A DNA stretch of 64,000 bases, from IMG/VR virus record IMGVR_UViG_3300042673_002246. The stretch is one strand, 5' to 3'. A model generated the notes under the pieces. That model worked only from the letters and a program-made list of their open reading frames with translations. It made no database searches and had not been told where the DNA came from. Numbering within the stretch: position 1 is the stretch's first letter; each line of letters starts with the position of its first letter. Shown here in pieces: positions 20,303 through 29,589 of this stretch. Made by a program: the position numbers and the translations under genes. This stretch comes from a virus.

Positions 20303-20594
20303 CCTCTGACACCGTACATGAGATTTTGGTATTAAGAAATTCACCTATTCTTAGAAAACCGCTTCCAGATTCCGTATCAATATCGATTTGTACCGTCGTA
20401 ATAATTGGTGCCTCTAGTTCAAATCTGCTACTTATACTCTTTCCGTTATTGCCGATGACCACATTTTCTCCAGGCACCACGTGGGTTCCCCTGCTATGGT
20501 TGATTGCAATTGAGCCATCTTCGGAAAGAGTTAATCTGCAAACTTCTTCCCCAAATGGTGTATCAACGGAGATATCCCAAGACCCCAAAATCAT
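20295..20594 (-). CDS. Hypothetical protein
   Basis: 99 aa, GSWDISVDTPFG, within the operon. Confidence 0.6.
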   Translation of the reverse strand: MILGSWDISVDTPFGEEVCRLTLSEDGSIAINHSRGTHVVPGENVVIGNNGKSISSRFELEAPIITTVQIDIDTESGSGFLRIGEFLNTKISCTVSEDE

Positions 20595-20601
20595 GGCATC
20601 G

Positions 20602-21210
20602 TTACTGTGAATTGCGGCCTCTTGCCCAAGGACTCATGTCCGGGTATACCGTTGTATTTGGAATTCTTGGGTGGAGGTTAAAGCTTACGCAAACTCTAGG
20701 TTTGTCTTCATTGTGTCTTTCTGTCTGATGGGGAACAAATGAGTTGAAAAATACAATCTTCCCTGTTTCTGGTTCTATTTTTGTAACCATGTTGTATGCG
20801 TTCATGGCTTCTCCGTAAAGGCAAAGTCGGCATCCTGGACCAACAGCATCGATGTAAATAACACCAGACCAGTACTCGCTTGGAAAAAGATGCGCATTCG
20901 AACTATGTCTATGGTAAGGAGTTGATTGTCCTTTTTCTAAAATTCCACACCATATGTCTGCAAGGACAACGTCGCCAAGTACTTCGTTGGCCCTATGCTC
21001 AATCATGTCACGCAAACCCTGACACTCTTTTGTGTTTGGCAGAACGTAATCAACCCCACTCTGCACGTCAACAAATTCTTTTGCATCTGGGAAATCTGGA
21101 TGTATTCTAGATTCCAAAATTTGAGACGCTATTACCGAATAATCAATTCCTTTAATGAATGATTCATGGGCTCTGATTGGAACTAACCAAATCCAGCCAT
21201 TGTTATTCAT
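20602..21210 (-). CDS. Putative 2OG-Fe(II) oxygenase (TIGR02466-like)
   Basis: HRHS...SGVIYI...FFNSFVPHQT...RVCVSFN. Confidence 0.8.
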   Translation of the reverse strand: MNNNGWIWLVPIRAHESFIKGIDYSVIASQILESRIHPDFPDAKEFVDVQSGVDYVLPNTKECQGLRDMIEHRANEVLGDVVLADIWCGILEKGQSTPYHRHSSNAHLFPSEYWSGVIYIDAVGPGCRLCLYGEAMNAYNMVTKIEPETGKIVFFNSFVPHQTERHNEDKPRVCVSFNLHPRIPNTTVYPDMSPWARGRNSQ

Positions 21211-21874
21211 GCGCAAAATCTCCTGTTGCTAGCCCCATTGGGGGAACATCTTTTGTCCATACATTAATGACCATTACTTGCCTTAGTCTAGACCCTGCTG
21301 GTGTCGTGTTATGTACCACATGGCCGGAATCAAATACTACGAGCCTGTTCCCCTTGTACCTAATCCTCTCTCTTTCATTTGGTGGAGAAGACGCGTATGC
21401 GGCAAGTACAGATGGCTCCAAGGCCAACGTTGAGCCATCCTCCAACCTTGAGTTGTGGATTTCGAGAAAGCCACCGTCATCATTATCGCATCCATACCAA
21501 ACACAGCCAATCCGCGGTCCGTAAAACGTACCTGTCAACAGATATGCAAATGTATCCTCATCTACATGCTCCCCTATGAACTGACCTGGTTCGAATGTCC
21601 TGGTCCAGTATTCGAAACCAATGACCTCTTCAATCGGAAAAGGTAATCTCTTTTTCCAGATTTCTTTTATAACTAAATGCTTGAGGCTTCTTGGTTGGCT
21701 TTTCCCCCATCCATCCCAAAACATATAGGACGATAGCTCCTTGGAATCCCCGTGATACGAGTTGAGACTTGTCGCTATTTGTTGACCATCTTCATATTTC
21801 GACGCGAAAAAAGTTTCATCGCGCAAGACTTGTTCGTACAATTCTGCCGGAACGCAGTTATCTTCAACGAACAT
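21203..21874 (-). CDS. 2OG-Fe(II) oxygenase
   Basis: FEYWTR, HVDED, GGFLEI, NRLVVFD..H...R. Confidence 0.8.
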   Translation of the reverse strand: MFVEDNCVPAELYEQVLRDETFFASKYEDGQQIATSLNSYHGDSKELSSYMFWDGWGKSQPRSLKHLVIKEIWKKRLPFPIEEVIGFEYWTRTFEPGQFIGEHVDEDTFAYLLTGTFYGPRIGCVWYGCDNDDGGFLEIHNSRLEDGSTLALEPSVLAAYASSPPNERERIRYKGNRLVVFDSGHVVHNTTPAGSRLRQVMVINVWTKDVPPMGLATGDFAHE

Positions 21875-21877
21875 AAT

Positions 21878-22594
21878 TTATAAAAACTTTTCATTCGGAA
21901 ATTTACTTCTGAGGTAAGCAAGGTCAAAGTCGAACATCAAAACAAGACGTCTTGATGTACCATCATGTCTTACCGAGTGCTCAAACGGCGGGCCATCCTT
22001 GAAAGCAAGAATCTTGCCTTCTTCCCAACTTTTTGTTTCGTCGCCTACGGTTATTCTACAGTCCTTATCGTTTATTAGGCACAGGTGACTTCTCATTAGT
22101 TGGTCAGAACCAAAATGCGGATTTACTACCGCCCCAGGATGCATTATGCTGAACATTCCGCCAGAACATTGGTTGCTGTCAGCGAACTCAGCAACTATCG
22201 AGTTAAACGTTTTGAATTGTTTCCTAACGTGCTCTAGGTGTGTTTCTAGATTGGCTTTTGTTTTCCACCTCAGTATTTTTTTTACCATTTCCGTATTTGC
22301 CCACTGCTTGGGGTCACTTGCTGGTGGAGTTCCGGCAACCGCTACGTCCCAGGAGCCTGTATAAAGCTTTCGCCTATCCCCTTCCGGCAAGTCTGATTGT
22401 GGATTTTCGTACCTTGCGTGAGAGAGGGTAACATTTGGGGCAGGCAGAGAAACCTTGTTATCGGAGTATGGGTGTTGAGTGTTTTCGTAAACGATGTACT
22501 CGTCACGTATCTTTTCCCAGTTTTTCTCAATCTGCACACACACGGGCAAGGACCTGATTAATTCATCCCAGAACCTTGGCTGCAAGTCACTCAT
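21878..22594 (-). CDS. Aspartyl/asparaginyl beta-hydroxylase family protein
   Basis: FSIMHPGAVVNPHFG, RSHLCL, WEEGKILAF, HSVRH, RLVLMFD. Confidence 0.85.
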   Translation of the reverse strand: MSDLQPRFWDELIRSLPVCVQIEKNWEKIRDEYIVYENTQHPYSDNKVSLPAPNVTLSHARYENPQSDLPEGDRRKLYTGSWDVAVAGTPPASDPKQWANTEMVKKILRWKTKANLETHLEHVRKQFKTFNSIVAEFADSNQCSGGMFSIMHPGAVVNPHFGSDQLMRSHLCLINDKDCRITVGDETKSWEEGKILAFKDGPPFEHSVRHDGTSRRLVLMFDFDLAYLRSKFPNEKFL

Positions 22595-22630
22595 TTTTTG
22601 ATACTAACACGTTTCACGTGCTTAAAGATT

Positions 22631-23356
22631 TTAATTTTTAATGAAAACCGTTTGTCCGTATCCGTTGGCCAGGTGGTATGTGTGCCCGTCGCTGTTTTTA
22701 AGAATTTCATGCATGCTTGAATATGGGTGAATATGAAAGTCTTCCCTGTAAAGCTTCGTATTGTGATTGGACATGCCAATCAGTAGAACACCACCAGGAT
22801 TCAGTGATTCAACCAAATCTTTAACAAGTTTGTCATTGCCCACAAGAGACCAACCCCAGCAAATGGCCATGTCAAATGTGTTTTCAGATATTTCATTTGG
22901 CTCGACGACGCAGTATTCGTTAAGCTCATTGATGCCCGGGCCAGGTAATTCTAGTTCCCCGGCAATATGCTCCAAAAAGAACAATGAGTGATTATTCACA
23001 AAACACAAGTCTGTGTCTGGAAATTTTGCTTTATACATACTCCAAAGTAGTATTTCTGCATCGACGAATAACAAGGAATTTGGCTTCTTTGTCATTAGAA
23101 CTTGTTCTTGAGCGATGTATTCAGCTTCGATTATCGCTGCCCATTCTGGTTCCATTCCCTTAATGAGTTCATAAATCCAGTATGTGTTCAGTCCTGCTAC
23201 AGCAACATTTCTCTTGTCAAGATTGATTGATGAAAGCCAGCTTGATACCGCGCTTCCTGCATCGCTCATCAACTGAGCAAAATCAATATTGTTGCTAAAT
23301 TGGGTCTTTGATGACTGCTGCGTCACCAGAGCGCTCCTAATTGCAAAATTATCCAT
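22631..23356 (-). CDS. Divergent SAM-methyltransferase-like protein
   Basis: FDMAIC...LVESLNPGGVLLI; motif I is not obvious. Confidence 0.5.
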   Translation of the reverse strand: MDNFAIRSALVTQQSSKTQFSNNIDFAQLMSDAGSAVSSWLSSINLDKRNVAVAGLNTYWIYELIKGMEPEWAAIIEAEYIAQEQVLMTKKPNSLLFVDAEILLWSMYKAKFPDTDLCFVNNHSLFFLEHIAGELELPGPGINELNEYCVVEPNEISENTFDMAICWGWSLVGNDKLVKDLVESLNPGGVLLIGMSNHNTKLYREDFHIHPYSSMHEILKNSDGHTYHLANGYGQTVFIKN

Positions 23357-23657
23357 TTTGGATTACCGCCAATACAACTTGTCTCTGGAACCAGAGATGC
23401 CTTGCCCTATTTGTTAGTAGAAAATTTCTTTTACGCGTTAAGTCGTAGTATGGTTTTCCCTGTTGGTTAAATGTCGAACTGCTCATGTGAAATGACTGTC
23501 TCAGACTAAAAAAAATGTCGTCGAACTCGACTTCGGATATTTGATTGAACTCCATACCGGCTATGTACATTATCTTTGCGAGTTCGCGCTCTATTTCCTG
23601 CAAGTGCGAAGCAGCATCGAAGAGAGGCTCTTCACCGTGTTGTCTAGTCTGTTTCAT
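23349..23657 (-). CDS. Hypothetical protein
   Basis: 102-aa ORF overlapping its neighbours. Confidence 0.6.
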   Translation of the reverse strand: MKQTRQHGEEPLFDAASHLQEIERELAKIMYIAGMEFNQISEVEFDDIFFSLRQSFHMSSSTFNQQGKPYYDLTRKRNFLLTNRARHLWFQRQVVLAVIQNG

Positions 23658-23952
23658 CTGTAAATTCCTCGGTCCAGTCGTCGTTTATATCAATCGGGTC
23701 TTGTCCAAATTGGGACATTGGGTCATTCCCCTGTAGGCGCTCACAAAATAATGCAGCGCCGTCCGGAAGAACGAAAGAAAAAGTTTTTGGGTTCCAGTGC
23801 AAAACATTTTCTGTTCTATCTGGATTGTCCATTGGGTTGGTTATGTCTGGTTCTGATTTTGACTGCTCAGGACAGATGTTGTATTGCCCTGTAGCGATGG
23901 CAGCGTCCACCAGCGGAACATTCCTTTTGATTGGCGGTAAATTCAGCTCCAC
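23644..23952 (-). CDS. Hypothetical protein
   Basis: 102-aa acidic ORF within the operon. Confidence 0.55.
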   Translation of the reverse strand: MELNLPPIKRNVPLVDAAIATGQYNICPEQSKSEPDITNPMDNPDRTENVLHWNPKTFSFVLPDGAALFCERLQGNDPMSQFGQDPIDINDDWTEEFTDETD

Positions 23953-23962
23953 AATGAAACCA

Positions 23963-24178
23963 CTACGAGAGTCGCTGCAGAGACTCTATTTGTCTAATCA
24001 GATTGTTGAAAGACTTGTATCTTGTTGCGTCTGATTCTGGAGTCTCTGGGTTTTCAAAATTCTCATCAAGTGTTTCTGGATTGACGCCAAGAGAAAGGGC
24101 AAGTACGTATATCGAGTATTCAAGATATTGCTTTGCTTCTTGTCGTGCTTGTTGTTTTTGTTCATCCGAAAGCGCCAT
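23963..24178 (-). CDS. Small helical protein (paralogue family)
   Basis: 71 aa, LGVNPETL motif, GGAG RBS. Confidence 0.65.
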   Translation of the reverse strand: MALSDEQKQQARQEAKQYLEYSIYVLALSLGVNPETLDENFENPETPESDATRYKSFNNLIRQIESLQRLS

Positions 24179-24190
24179 GTTGATTTTCTC

Positions 24191-24436
24191 CTATTTAAGT
24201 GTGTCCATTGTCAGATTCGATGCTTGTCTAAAGTGGCCGACTTGGCGCAATAACTTTTCTTTGCGAGTTGGTCTATCAGAATCACGAACATTAAGGTTTT
24301 CCATAACTTCATCTTCGGATATCTCAAGAGGGTCTATGGCGCTCAGAAGCAATGTATGAATCTGGGCGTTAATCAGCTGCTGATGCAGTCTAAACCCAGC
24401 AGCAATCTTTGCCTGTTTGCTAATCCCAAATTGCAT
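24191..24436 (-). CDS. Small helical protein (paralogue family)
   Basis: 81 aa, AIDPLEI motif. Confidence 0.55.
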   Translation of the reverse strand: MQFGISKQAKIAAGFRLHQQLINAQIHTLLLSAIDPLEISEDEVMENLNVRDSDRPTRKEKLLRQVGHFRQASNLTMDTLK

Positions 24437-24442
24437 TTTTGC

Positions 24443-24667
24443 CTACGAGTTAAGTTCATTCAGCTTGCGCTTAATCAGTTTTACTGCATTTATTGACTCA
24501 TTGAGGATTGGGACCTCGAAATTGTGCTCAGCCTCAAGAATAAATGTGTCTGGGTCTATTCCGTGCCCAATCAGTCTTTCAAACAACACCTTTTCGGCGT
24601 CCCTAAGGCTGCGCTCAAATATCCCGCGCTTCTCGTTATTTGTCAATTGAGACGAAAATTCCATCAC
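24443..24667 (-). CDS. Small helical protein (paralogue family)
   Basis: 74 aa, HGIDPDTF motif. Confidence 0.65.
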   Translation of the reverse strand: MMEFSSQLTNNEKRGIFERSLRDAEKVLFERLIGHGIDPDTFILEAEHNFEVPILNESINAVKLIKRKLNELNS

Positions 24668-24707
24668 CTATCTCCGATTGTGTTGTTTGCTTTGAATCAT
24701 ACCACCA

Positions 24708-25415
24708 TTATACTATGGGCTCCGAAAGTGCTGGCAGCCCAGCAAATGTTGGGCCTATTTGATTTCCGTCCGCGTCAAGACCTGTCTTAATGCCCTTTGT
24801 CCAAGTCCATGGGCGTTCGATATTGTTCTGCGACTTGAGTTGACCATATTTTGACCTTGCCTCCACCAGCTCCTTATCGTCCCATAGTGTCACTACCTCG
24901 AATTCTGCGTCTTTAATGATTTGAGGCGAGTAGATGTTAAAAAAACACAAAGGCGAACCGGCTGGGAAAACTACTTCCTGATTTTCTTTTGTTATCTTCC
25001 AGTTCATTTGAACTTCGTCAGGCCACCACCACGAAGGAATCGTTGCTGACAGCCCGACAGCGCCGTCTATAAAGTAATTTGGAGAGCCCGAAATCCAAGT
25101 CTCATACCCTGGCTCGGTGTTTATAATCCATCCCATGTGTAGGGAAATGGTTCCTATTATTGATGATGTGGCTTGCTTTCTGCCGCTTTTAGTAAATTCG
25201 CCTGCAAGTATTTCGGGGGGAGTGTTTCCGCCGGACCATTTAATTACAAGGTCCTCCTCCATCTGCACTTCCCATCCCATTACATTCGCCACGGAGACTG
25301 GCATGCATTGATAAGCGTGTTTTTTATGTGTCTCGTCCATCCAGTCTCTCTTTAATCTTGACTGAACTATCCGAGGTGGATTTGGGTCTGTTCTTTTTAA
25401 AACTATCTTGCTCAT
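24708..25415 (-). CDS. DUF6065-like protein
   Basis: RDWMDET...HAYQCMP...AN..GW, GSPNYF, MNWKIT. Confidence 0.7.
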   Translation of the reverse strand: MSKIVLKRTDPNPPRIVQSRLKRDWMDETHKKHAYQCMPVSVANVMGWEVQMEEDLVIKWSGGNTPPEILAGEFTKSGRKQATSSIIGTISLHMGWIINTEPGYETWISGSPNYFIDGAVGLSATIPSWWWPDEVQMNWKITKENQEVVFPAGSPLCFFNIYSPQIIKDAEFEVVTLWDDKELVEARSKYGQLKSQNNIERPWTWTKGIKTGLDADGNQIGPTFAGLPALSEPIV

Positions 25416-26131
25416 TTCTTTACCGACATATCAATACTTGTTCCAGACGAAACCCCAGCCCCATATGTTGCCTTTGAGCCGTCAATATTCTCCCCGTAGC
25501 CATGTTTGTGAGTTCTGTCGTTGTAGTCAAACATGGTCACTGCCGCATACTTTGTTCCAGAAACAACAGGTCGCGACGCGTGGGCATACGTAAACGTAGA
25601 TGGGAACATTACGTTGTCCCCAGCGGCAAACTTCACGTTTAGGTCAAGATATGGGAACCAAAGCTCACCCCCCTCGTAGTCGTCATTTATGTATATGACT
25701 GACGAAACTGTACAGTTATAAGAAAATCCATGGTCTGTGTGAACGTTGAAGTGCTGACCAGGCTTATATCGCACATAATTTATGGCTTCACGATAATCCA
25801 TTTTGATGTTAAATCTTTGCTGATAGTCGTTAAGACATGCCGTTAATATTTCAACGGTATCTTCGTATACTGAGCGAAGTCCGGAAAATTCTTGTGGCAA
25901 GTTTGCTATATGGGCATCTCCCAATTTACAATCAACGCAGTCTCTGTATTCTGGCATTTTTTGTTGGTCGCCAACGAGTGCATCCATCCACATATACGGC
26001 GCGGTTTCACTGGACCCAATCGCCTCTTCAATTCTCTCCGGTATGTTCAATTCCCGTGGGAGCGCATTGCGATAGACGATTATTGCCAATCTCGGGTCTC
26101 CAATAAACTCAACCTCGATATTTCTTACCAT
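25412..26131 (-). CDS. 2OG-Fe(II) oxygenase (P4H-like)
   Basis: HTDHG...NDDYEGGELWFP...HASRPVVSGTKY. Confidence 0.9.
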   Translation of the reverse strand: MVRNIEVEFIGDPRLAIIVYRNALPRELNIPERIEEAIGSSETAPYMWMDALVGDQQKMPEYRDCVDCKLGDAHIANLPQEFSGLRSVYEDTVEILTACLNDYQQRFNIKMDYREAINYVRYKPGQHFNVHTDHGFSYNCTVSSVIYINDDYEGGELWFPYLDLNVKFAAGDNVMFPSTFTYAHASRPVVSGTKYAAVTMFDYNDRTHKHGYGENIDGSKATYGAGVSSGTSIDMSVKK

Positions 26132-26663
26132 ATTGGTTGCTCCTTTTTTGTTTATGTTTCATAGAAAACCACATTGGGCATGCCCACCTATCCCCTCCGT
26201 ATACATTATCTACATAATGAGCAAATTCAATACCGCCACCATAAATTACAACCCGGCCTGGGGATGGCTTCACGGTATTGCCCGTATCGGCAAAAACAAG
26301 TTCCCCCCCATTGAATTCTTGGTTCAAATACAGAACCGCAGACACATCAAAGTCCTCACACCCAAGCTTTGGTGAGCCATCCAAATTCTGCCTGTCTGCG
26401 TGCAGTGTTGGGACATGAAGTCCAGATTTGCTGACAAAAATTCCGGGCATTCTATGCTCAAGTTCAATGTCATATTTTTTCTCTGCGGCTGCCATGACAA
26501 CCCATGATGCAAATATCAATGACTCGGCGGCTTCAAAATCTTCTGTCAGTAGTCTGTCAATTCCAATACTTTCGCCAATTTTTACTGCCGCCGACAATAT
26601 TTTGGAAATAGTCGTATCTTCAAAAAGCGAATCTATGATATGTACTTTGTCTACTCTATTCAT
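26109..26663 (-). CDS. 2OG-Fe(II) oxygenase (P4H-like)
   Basis: HADRQ...FNGGELVF...HYVDNVYGGDRW. Start likely ATG 26663. Confidence 0.85.
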   Translation of the reverse strand: MNRVDKVHIIDSLFEDTTISKILSAAVKIGESIGIDRLLTEDFEAAESLIFASWVVMAAAEKKYDIELEHRMPGIFVSKSGLHVPTLHADRQNLDGSPKLGCEDFDVSAVLYLNQEFNGGELVFADTGNTVKPSPGRVVIYGGGIEFAHYVDNVYGGDRWACPMWFSMKHKQKRSNQYGKKYRG

Positions 26664-27291
26664 CCACAACAGTATAGAACGATGGGGTCGTATATCTCTC
26701 CCCAGATTCAACCATGCTTACCCCGTGTAAGTACCCAACATCACCAGGATGTATCACTGCCAAGCCGGGTTTTGGTCTAACGGTAATCCCGTGCTGTGGG
26801 TAATACAAATCGCCACCCTCAAAGTCGTCATTGTAATAGAACAATGAATTGATGTCGTAATCCGTGAAGGCGTTTGGTCTTCCGTCATTTAGTTGCTTAT
26901 CGGCATGGGGGCGCTGCTCTATGCCTGCCCGCCATTTCATTATCACCGGAGGGCGCACTGAAACAGAAACCTGAAAAAGCTCTTCGATGAGGTTCTTCAT
27001 TTTGTAGATGTATTTATCAACAATTTCATAAACCTCCGAGTTCAGCTCCTTTAAAATTTCAGAACTGCACTGCCTGTCGTTCCAGTATTCTGCGTTATAC
27101 AAACATGTTCCATCTTCCGCATAAACGCTTTCGGCTGTGTTGTTCCATTTATTTATTGTTGGGCAAAATTTCTGAACTAAGAGCAAGTCTTCTAGTTCGA
27201 TAAAATTTTCAATTATGTGGATGTTCTCTGGTCCGCTGCCAAAATGCCCGGGTTTTATCTTCCAGGGTGAATCGATATCAATCATTTCCAT
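26656..27291 (-). CDS. 2OG-Fe(II) oxygenase (P4H-like)
   Basis: HADKQ...NDDFEGGDLYYP...HGVSMVESGERY. Confidence 0.9.
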   Translation of the reverse strand: MEMIDIDSPWKIKPGHFGSGPENIHIIENFIELEDLLLVQKFCPTINKWNNTAESVYAEDGTCLYNAEYWNDRQCSSEILKELNSEVYEIVDKYIYKMKNLIEELFQVSVSVRPPVIMKWRAGIEQRPHADKQLNDGRPNAFTDYDINSLFYYNDDFEGGDLYYPQHGITVRPKPGLAVIHPGDVGYLHGVSMVESGERYTTPSFYTVVDE

Positions 27292-28066
27292 GTGATTTCC
27301 TTTGGGACGTTATATGTTCATACAACATAACATCCAATTTGCTTCTTTCAAGTATTTCCTTTTTTTGTGACGGGCTCGGTTTTATTCCAGCTCGGACCGA
27401 TGAGTTCATTTTTTCTAAACCCAACCCTACAAATTCAACATTGAATTTATCCTTAAATTGATAAGTCAAATATTTTTCTACGGCCATTCGCTCGTTCATT
27501 TCAAAAATTGTAATGTCTTTAATTCTGTCTATTAGTTCTTTTTCTCCAGTAGGTAAATCGGACTCGACAAACCATGCACCATTAGGCTGAATACTAACCC
27601 CTGGTGATTCATCCCCAACATCTAAGACTGCATTGATTTCAACCATCCTGCACGTAAGCATCTTGGTTTGCAAATTTCCGTCAGATGAAAACAATTTACA
27701 TCCAAAAATTGTTTCGTATTTTCCGTCTAAGAACTTGTCAAGAATTTCGTTTGTAAATTCCCTTCGGGACGACATGGCCCTGTATGCAGCAATGCTGACA
27801 AAATGGTCTACCGGCTCCCTTATAACGGAGAACGTCTCCAGGCTGCTGTCGTTGTGTAAAATTGGATTGATTGCAAAATGACCACTAATTGTGGGCCATT
27901 CGCTCATTGTTATGTGATTATATGAAAATTCAAAAATCCCAGGGGTTTGGTTTTCGTATTTATCAAGACCCTTTTTGTATCTATCCAGTTCAAACGATTT
28001 ATGTATTGCGTAAAGTATTCCGGTCCCAGATGTGCGCGGTATATGCAGATGATAAAGATTACCCAT
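27278..28066 (-). CDS. Sulfotransferase family protein
   Basis: HLHIPRTSGT (5'-PSB loop) and IREPVDHFVS (3'-PB). Confidence 0.75.
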   Translation of the reverse strand: MGNLYHLHIPRTSGTGILYAIHKSFELDRYKKGLDKYENQTPGIFEFSYNHITMSEWPTISGHFAINPILHNDSSLETFSVIREPVDHFVSIAAYRAMSSRREFTNEILDKFLDGKYETIFGCKLFSSDGNLQTKMLTCRMVEINAVLDVGDESPGVSIQPNGAWFVESDLPTGEKELIDRIKDITIFEMNERMAVEKYLTYQFKDKFNVEFVGLGLEKMNSSVRAGIKPSPSQKKEILERSKLDVMLYEHITSQRKSHGND

Positions 28067-28643
28067 TTTGGGCCATCTCTATTAATTTCCTGTGTTTTTC
28101 TGGAACCCAGAAGTGGGGAGATGTATATCTAACTCCTTCTATCACTTGCCTTACGCCATGGAGGTAATAACTGCTGGATGGAAAAAATATCAAAGAACCC
28201 TCTTTTGGTTTTAGTTCAAGTCCGTGTTGCGGAAAATATATTTCCCCACCTGTGTAATTCTGATTTATATAAATTACGGAACCGTAATCAACTATGTATG
28301 TTCCGTTTGGCGTGCCGTCTAGGTCTTCGCCATCCGCGTGAAGACCTTGACTCTCCCCAGAGTCCCATCTTCGTATGCCCGGTCTTGCTGTCTCTAGGAT
28401 TCTCCCAAATTTAAACTCAATCATTTTCTTTACGTCATCAACGTATGATTGCATTATTTCATAGAGTTCGGGGTTATCCTTCTGCATTTTTTTGTATGTG
28501 GATATCTTGTCATTACCGCCCTTTGACCATGACTCCCACTCATTGATTGAATAGCAATAGCGATATGCAAGTTCGACGTGTTCGGGCGTCATAAAATTTT
28601 CTACTACAACTATGTTTGATTTGTCGGCAGCTGCAGCTCTCAT
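28059..28643 (-). CDS. 2OG-Fe(II) oxygenase (P4H-like)
   Basis: HADGE...YTGGEIYFP...HGVRQVIEGVRY. Confidence 0.9.
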   Translation of the reverse strand: MRAAAADKSNIVVVENFMTPEHVELAYRYCYSINEWESWSKGGNDKISTYKKMQKDNPELYEIMQSYVDDVKKMIEFKFGRILETARPGIRRWDSGESQGLHADGEDLDGTPNGTYIVDYGSVIYINQNYTGGEIYFPQHGLELKPKEGSLIFFPSSSYYLHGVRQVIEGVRYTSPHFWVPEKHRKLIEMAQNG

Positions 28644-28653
28644 GGCTACAACC

Positions 28654-29589
28654 TTATCTATTTTGCAAAAACTCGTCTATATCAGCGCTTATGAGCTGCA
28701 ACGAAAAATCTATGCCTTTTCTCTGGGTGATATTTGGCCAAGCGGTACCAGTTTTTGAGTACGAGATGTGGCCAGGTTCTTCTACGTGTTCAGTTTTTGG
28801 CTTGTAGTAACGACGTCCATTTTCATCGTATCTTTCTTCAAGCCATGGAAACATTTCTCCGTCTGGATTTCTCTCCCCAAGCAAAAATCCATTTGCATAA
28901 CGCTTGATTCTTGTTCCAGTTCTATCGATAAGGAACTTTTCAAAATTGCCTCGGAGAGGATAAAACCCACGTTTTCCTGTATCAACTTTTGCGTAACCAT
29001 CTGGTGTTAGCTCATTCGAGAAAGACCAAGGTATTTCCTCATAATGGTATGGCACTCCGTTTGGTTGGAGGTCTGCTTTGTATGCTCCAGTTAAGTACCA
29101 CCACAGGTCGTGCTGTTCTTGCATTTTAATTTTTCCTGGAACAAAATTCTCATCGTAGGTATGTTTATCAAATCTTCCATTTGTTAATTCAGAAAATTGA
29201 TACGTAACACCAAAATTCTCTTTCGCGTACTGTTCAGACAATTGGCCCGGCGTGATATCTAGTTCATTTTTATCCAAGTACGCCTGGAGACCTTCTTGAA
29301 ATTCGGGATATCCGTGGCAAACAAAATCATCAACAACAACCGCAAGAATATCAAAATCATCTTCGTTTTTGTATTTTTGATTTAATTCTTCGATTACGGA
29401 GTGTTGTGGAATATTCCCACATCCAGCCGACACATTAAAAATAAGAGTAACTTTTCCCTTGCGGTTTTTTAGTATGTCTGATGATTTTCCATCAGCTGAC
29501 GACAAATTAATGTCATATATGGAAAACGGAAGAACCGTGTCACTCCAATCATTTTCCGCAATTGGCGCTTCTTGTATTTCGCAGTCCAT
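28654..29589 (-). CDS. Glutathione peroxidase-like protein
   Basis: GKVTLIFNVSAGCGN, GNFEKFLIDRTG. Start overlaps the TGA of the PPFF gene. Confidence 0.8.
   Translation of the reverse strand: MDCEIQEAPIAENDWSDTVLPFSIYDINLSSADGKSSDILKNRKGKVTLIFNVSAGCGNIPQHSVIEELNQKYKNEDDFDILAVVVDDFVCHGYPEFQEGLQAYLDKNELDITPGQLSEQYAKENFGVTYQFSELTNGRFDKHTYDENFVPGKIKMQEQHDLWWYLTGAYKADLQPNGVPYHYEEIPWSFSNELTPDGYAKVDTGKRGFYPLRGNFEKFLIDRTGTRIKRYANGFLLGERNPDGEMFPWLEERYDENGRRYYKPKTEHVEEPGHISYSKTGTAWPNITQRKGIDFSLQLISADIDEFLQNR

Noticed and set aside
19688-29589. Selenocysteine or stop-codon recoding in the GPx-like genes
   Set aside because: No in-frame TGA; genes throughout the window read normally in the standard bacterial code.
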